A stretch of 64,000 nt of DNA from the human T2T-CHM13v2.0 reference genome, Homo sapiens: NCBI RefSeq assembly GCF_009914755.1, contig NC_060928.1; one strand, 5' to 3'. The notes under the pieces are model-generated. The model searched no databases and was not told where the DNA came from. It saw only the letters and a program-made list of their open reading frames with translations. A program made the translations under genes and the position numbers. Positions 57,854 to 64,000 of the stretch are shown here, piece by piece (the first letter of the stretch is position 1; each line of letters opens with the position of its first letter).

Positions 57854-60800
57854 TATTTATAGGAAATGCCAATAAGAATAAAACAGGAGGGACAAGTAAA
57901 ATAAGAAGTGTTCTAAATGGCTTGAGGCCTATGACTTCTATCTACTTCTATAAGTATGTAAAAATGTTTATAACTTTTTTCTTCCTTTTTTCCTTCTTTC
58001 CTTTATTCTTTTTCTGTTTTATGACTTCACTTTTTCACTTTTGCTTTTCTCCCTCTCTTTCCTTTTTAATGCATTCTCTGCTTTTTGCTTCTCACTCACC
58101 CTCTGTGAAATAGTTGCAAAGTTGATTTACCATTATCTGGACAAATCACCAAATCCTTTATTAATACTTCCTATGTTATGAATATTGGATGCTTTTATGT
58201 CTTTCTATAAGGGCATTCAACTGTGAAATACATTGGTACTAATAACGTACAAAATTTTAAGTGTGTCTCCTTCCATTTTTCTTTAATAGTGTAGTTGTAA
58301 TTCCTGGACTAAGCCCGACTACTAATAGATCCAAGTTATATGCTTTTATTCAGAAATAATCATCATACTATGATGATCTCTTTCTCTGTCTCTGTCTCTC
58401 TCTCTCTCTCTCTATCTATCTCTTCAGATTATACTGACATCTAGCAGAACCCAACCCCAAAAAATAACATACAGAGGAAGTCAGATCTCATTATGATGGG
58501 TGGAAAAAATAAAATGTCTGAAGATTGGAGAGCAGCTACAGAGTGCTGCACCATTTCTTTAAGAGAACAATTAATTCTGAGAATCTTAATGTGGAAGATA
58601 ATGAATAAATATAGTTTAATTTATATTTTCTGTGTCTGTCTCTCCTATAAGCCACAAAGCTTCTTGCTATTAAAAATATAAATGTTACAACGTTTGTAAA
58701 ACTGTTTATTCATCTGTAAAATGAGAATCATGTTGGCTATATACATGTCGAGATTTTTGTAAGGATTAATATGTGAGGAGGTACATATCACATTCAAAAT
58801 GGATATGAACATTCATTTGGGAATAAGTAATATAAAAAGCTTTATGGTAGGTAATGTTTATTGAATTATTTCCAGTTTGATCACTTCAATTTCCATATAA
58901 GATTATTTCAAATACTACCAACTATGCTTTTATCATGTCTTGTCTAAAACATTGAATTTCATTTCATTTGCCTCTATGCTAGAAGGGCAACCTATTCTTT
59001 ATCCCCATTTTGGAACTTTGTATGAATATGTAATGCCTGGAGCTCAAACTTCACAGTTATAGAAAAGACGGAAATCTTTAATTTTGTTCTAGACCTTGAC
59101 ACCAGGGCTGTATGCTAATCAACTGTGGCAATTATTTCTGTGTAATTTACTAATTTCAGTTAAGACCACTTAGTTGGCCAGTGAAGTCCCTCAGTGTCAG
59201 AAGCCAAGGCATTTATTTCTGAGCAGTAATAATAGCTTCTAATAGCTATGTTAATATCCTACGGGAAGTAGAAGCCTCAGTGCCCTCTTCAATAATTAAA
59301 ACAATTTTTTGTGTAAATTCATTAAAACAGAATGTACATGGGGCCTAGAAGATGCTTGGCATGTGGTAGGTACTAAAATGTTTGTTGACAGTATCTAGAA
59401 ATAAATAAGTATTTGAAAGTTTAATGCATCTACATATATCATTTTCCATACTGGGATAATTTTAAAAGTCAAAAGAAAATCTATCAGTGAAACAGGCATA
59501 AACAGGGTCTGTCTTAGGTGAAATAGGATTTATGTGAATGCTAATGAAAATTTATATGTTTTAGTGGTCTACATCTTTTGGTGTATTAGACAGTTGCACT
59601 TTATAGAAGCCAAATACTTAAACAATATGGAATATTATCTTTGAACCTAGTAATTACTTTGAGAACTCAAAAATCAACATGTATATTTTTCTATTTTCAG
59701 AAGTCAGCTCTAAATTTGTTCCTCTAGAGTAACATGATGACCATTCTGGCTGAGCATTACTGAAAATGTGTAGGTTATGACTGAAAAAACCATTCAGAGA
59801 GAACTTAACTTCAAATCTTTGTATAGTGTGTGTTCATGGGATAAGTAAAAGATAAATTTGCAAAGCCACCCAAAGTTTTTGGATTTTCATGATTAGTTAA
59901 GTCAATTTTAATATCAGCTTCTAGGGGCTTTGTAATCAAGTTATTCAGAGAAACAACGTTCCGGATGAAAACAAAATTAATCTTCCACTACAGATGTGTC
60001 TTTTGGGGTCTTTTTCTGTCAATAAATTTTGTTAATTGAGAAAAATAATACATACTATATGCTAATCTTTATTTTCTTTTGAAATTATATATTTCTTGGT
60101 CATACATTTAAAGGATAAGTTTGCAACTGAAGCTTAGAGAATTTTATCAGTTTAGGATTGAATGATTTGAGAAGGGGATGATTATTTCATGATCATTTTG
60201 GTAAACTGCAGCCTGGATATTATTTAATTAGAGGCAGTCCATAACTCTAGCTCCTGGAGGAAAAATATGGCAGCCTAGTCCTTTAAATCTTGAGGCTCTA
60301 AAACTAAAATATTATTAGTACCATTGAAATAAGCATTTGAAATTTTACCACCTGCCACTCATGGTTACAATTTCAAGTGGTTTTCATATTTTGATTATGA
60401 AAGGCGAGCACAAGTACTATTATCAGTGACATAAGAAGCTTATTTTATATCATAAATTGTGATCATAATTTGATGATACTTTTATCTCACAGTAAATATC
60501 ATTTTTTTAAAGTCTTAGTTTTATCTCAATGTAACTGACATTCCCATTGTAGTTTTACATTACTCTTGCTCTTTAAATTATTCCTTGAATAAAATGGTAC
60601 ATTAAAAATCTTTACAGAGCAACTTATTCTAATCACTCCATTTAAATTTTTATTTCTTATGTTTTATAACTAATGAATTATGTAGTTTACTCTTAGTAGT
60701 AGAGGAATCTCCAGAGTAATATTTACTTAGTACTATGGTCTTCCATTACACAGATGAGTTAAAAACTCTGAATCATTTGTACGCCTTTAAATTGTGTTTC

Positions 60801-60892
60801 TGGATGAATTATGACTCAGTTGAATTCCTAATTTTGAGAATATGTTGGTAACTTCAACGTGCTTTATTCAGTTTAAATTAAAATCAACCACA

Positions 60893-61190
60893 GCAGGGTG
60901 CAGTGGCTCACGCCAGTAATCCTAGTGTTTTGGGAGGTTGAGGTGGGAGGATCACTTGAGGCCAGGAGTTTGAGAACAGCCTGGACAACATAGCAAGAGC
61001 TCATCTCTACAAAAGCAATTTAAAAAATTAACCAGACATTGTCACATATGCTTGTAGTCCTGGCTACTGGGGAGGCTAAGGTGGGAGGATCACTTGAGGC
61101 CAGTTGTTTGAGATTACTGTGAGCTATGATCACACCACTGAACTCCACACTGGGCAACAGAACAAGACCTTGTTTTTTGTTTTTGTTTTT
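60893..61190 (+). mobile_element. AluJ with a T-rich tail
   Basis: ggaggatcacttgaggccaggag, gtgagctatgatcacaccactg; 12-bp TSD aaatcaaccaca at 60881-60892 and 61191-61202. Confidence 0.92.
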
Positions 61191-61276
61191 AAATCAACCA
61201 CAAAAATTCAGTGTAACCCATAATATTTAACACCTATTTGACACTTATTCTGAATTAAGCATTATTGCAAGTGCTT

Positions 61277-61501
61277 CATGGGGTTGGCAAACTACATCTC
61301 ACAGGCCAGGTTCAGCATTGCTGTTTGTTTTTATAGATACAGTTTTCTTTTAAGTTGGCCACACCTATTAATTTTCGTATTTCCTATCACTGCTTTCATG
61401 CTACCACAGCAGAGTTGACTAGTTACCACAAAGACTGTATGTCCTATAAAGCATCAAATATTTACTATATGATCCTTTATAGAAATAGTTTGCTAACCAC
61501 T
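61277..61501 (+). mobile_element. MER58A inserted into a MIR (MIR ~61210-61690, minus strand)
   Basis: ggggttggcaaactac...gcagagttgactagtt...aaatatttactat...agtttgctaacc; MIR core gtaacttgtccaagttca follows. Confidence 0.8.
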
Positions 61502-62327
61502 ATATTAGCATTTTGATCTCCTCACCAACCCTACAAAGTGTTATTATCACCATAATCTCTGTTTTAAAGAAGAAAATGGTGTATGTAACTTGTCCAAGTT
61601 CATGCTTCCATTAAATGGAAGAACACGGATTTATTCAGGCAACTGGTTCCACCAGTCCCCATTCTCAACTATGCCAAACTGCACCTCACATGGAGCATTA
61701 TGTCTCTCACCTACAAAGGAGCAATTATTCCAACAGACATTAGTTTATTTTTTTAAAAATTAGCTGGGCATTAATCGTTTTCCCCCAAAGCATAAAATTT
61801 GTTGCAATTGTAGATTGGGGATTAAGACTAAACTTCTGGCCACTTGGCATTGTTTGCATTGATTTCTGATAGCAAAATTCTCCATATTTGTAATATAAAA
61901 CAGATCTTTTATATGTTCTCAGTAAATAGTAATAGAAGAATTTGATGTGAATGATATATATATAACATTATATATGATATCTATAGTTTAGCTGGCCTAA
62001 GACAAATAACAATGAAAAAAGCAATTATAAAAAGAGTCTGTACCCTCAAATATTTCCTTGTCTCCACAGCAGTTATGGAAGACGCTTAGAAAATGATAGT
62101 AATTAGTGAAAATAATAAAAAACACTGTCATCAGAATCAAAATTTTAGGTAATGGTTATAGCTTACTTGGGGAGACCTTATCACTATTTAAACCACTTAT
62201 CCACACCCAAACCCTTTGGAAAATTAAAATTTTGCACTAATAAGAGAAGGATTTTTGCAGCTGCCAGCACATGATGGACTTCCCAATAACAGGCAGGATG
62301 AATGTTCTTTTTCACAGTTGGAGCACG

Positions 62328-62341
62328 GTTCCCATGGCAAC
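62328..62341. promoter_or_regulatory. RFX X-box motif GTTCCCATGGCAAC
   Basis: One substitution from the palindromic GTTGCCATGGCAAC; lies in non-repeat-looking DNA; function not shown. Confidence 0.4.
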
Positions 62342-63224
62342 ACTTGCTGTATGCATTCAAATGAAACTTCTCTTTTTCCCTTCAAGAATCTTTCCCTTTT
62401 CTTCTCCCTAGCCTAACATTTTTCATTAAACATAAAAACCTTGATCTTTAAAAGGCTAAAACCTACTGGTGAACTCCACTTTTCCATTTTCCTGGTATGA
62501 AATTTAGAAGGAAAATATGCACACTAAAATTTGACTGGATGTTGATTTTCTTCCTTATTATGTCACATGCAGAATACTCAAAACTATCTTTGACTAAGGA
62601 AAATGTCCAAATTTAACTGTGACTTAGAAACCTGAGTTTTGCATACATGCAACAATATATTAGGGGCTCTTGTTCTATTGCCTGAAGATAAAATATAATA
62701 CAGAATACAGGGACTGTGTTGAGAGCAGACTGTGTTGCACATATTGGCAGCCCATTTATCACCAGGTAATTTGAATATTGATCAGGCACAGATTCTGCTA
62801 TTAGTACCTGGCATTCATTAAAGGTATAAACCACTTCTAATAAATAATTCCCCAGGAGAAATCTGGGCTTGGGTGAATGTCCTTGGGTGGGGGGAGTTTA
62901 TTACAAAGTTACAAAAAGCAAGAAAAAGAAGAAAGACATAAAATGTATGGTGGGGAGGTAGCTGATGTACAGAGAAACTGGTCTTTACAAATGTCATCAG
63001 CCAGAGTATGGTAGATACAGAATTAAATACTGCAACACAGTGATTTTCAATGTATGGTTATCAACTAAGGCTGATCTGCCAGCTGCTTATTATGTGTCCT
63101 CAACAGGAAAAGTTCAGTCCGTGTTTGTTGCCAGTGCACACACTTTCAATGAATGTGTTCAGTTTGTTTTTCTTTTTTTTGACTTCTTCATTATGTTTAT
63201 TATGATTATCTTTATTAAAATGTA

Positions 63225-63370
63225 ATTGTATATGTATTGAGTCTGATAACAGAAATAGATATGTTAATGTGATTGAATCATTTTGCAATGTACACATAGG
63301 TGAAAATATTGCATTGTTTTCCATAAATATACAAGAAAAAGTTAACAAAACAAATACACAAAAATATAAA
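63225..63370 (+). mobile_element. L1MA-like 3' end fragment
   Basis: gatatgttaat...aatcattttgcaatgtacacat...ccataaatatacaa followed by an A-rich tail. Confidence 0.55.
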
Positions 63371-63639
63371 ATAGGGCTTCTACTTTGAATGATTTTGATT
63401 TTGTATTTTGTTTTTCTTAGATTTAATAGGTGTTATATTGTTGCAATTGATGTCAAATAAAAAAATTATGGCATGAGAAGCACTATGTAGTTGACATCAG
63501 ATTACACTGGGTAATTGGGATCTTCTGCCTTTGCCTCTGCGTGCTTGAATAAATTCATTTTATTTTTTGTTTATTCTGAAAGAAAAAAAGTCAAATGGTA
63601 CAAATTAAATAGTGGTGTATATTTTTATGTATTGTCTTA

Positions 63640-63790
63640 TTTTATCTTTATAAAACACCCATAAAATAGATCTTACGTTGTCCATTTTCAATGCAAAGAA
63701 ACTGATGCTTTAGGAGATAACTTGCCTCTATTAGCCAGGAGTTTGCTGGATTCTGGAAAGAGGATCAAATTCAGGTTAGTTAACATATCT
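63640..63790 (-). mobile_element. MIR fragment
   Basis: gtccattttcaatgcaaagaaactgatgctttaggagataacttgcc. Confidence 0.6.
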
Positions 63791-64000
63791 TAATGAATAG
63801 ACCCCTCTTTGAGCTGTTAACAAAATAAAAATAATGCAGAAGGGATGTTGAGGTACTCAGAAATTGGCAAAAGCAGGAAGTTATTATCCAGTGTGTGCCT
63901 GATGGGACACATAAAGAAAATTGTTAATGGAGCAATGGCTATGTACCTTTAGGAGAAAGGCTGTCCTATAGGCACTGTGAGGTGGACAACCATAGCCACT

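Overview
AT-rich primate (most likely human/hominoid) genomic DNA that looks intergenic or deep-intronic. I see no host protein-coding exon, RNA gene, host CpG-island promoter or prokaryotic-type system. Roughly half or more of the window is transposable-element debris, recognised from memory of consensus sequences, so subfamily labels are approximate. Main elements: an old L1PA15/16-like LINE-1 (1-4040) split by a two-LTR THE1D-like MaLR provirus; a two-LTR MSTA provirus (25236-27634); a MER11 solo LTR; a young AluY; an MLT2A2 LTR; a full-length, inactivated L1PA4-like element (36040-42228) nested in an ancient MLT1I-like provirus; a 3'-truncated L1PB-like element; an LTR12C solo LTR and an AluS nested in another L1PA16-like 3' end; plus many MIR, L2, MER and Tigger pieces. 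The long ORFs in the track are broken L1 ORF1/ORF2 pieces or repeat-derived shadows. I cannot support a new biological system here. The most interesting signals are retrotransposition and repair scars: a 23-nt 3' transduction tag on the L1PA4, an AluJ with a T-rich tail in place of poly-A, a ~130-bp flanking segment copied into a DNA transposon, and small fold-back insertions. There is also a cluster of LTR-borne regulatory motifs (DUX4, NF-Y) and two RFX boxes.
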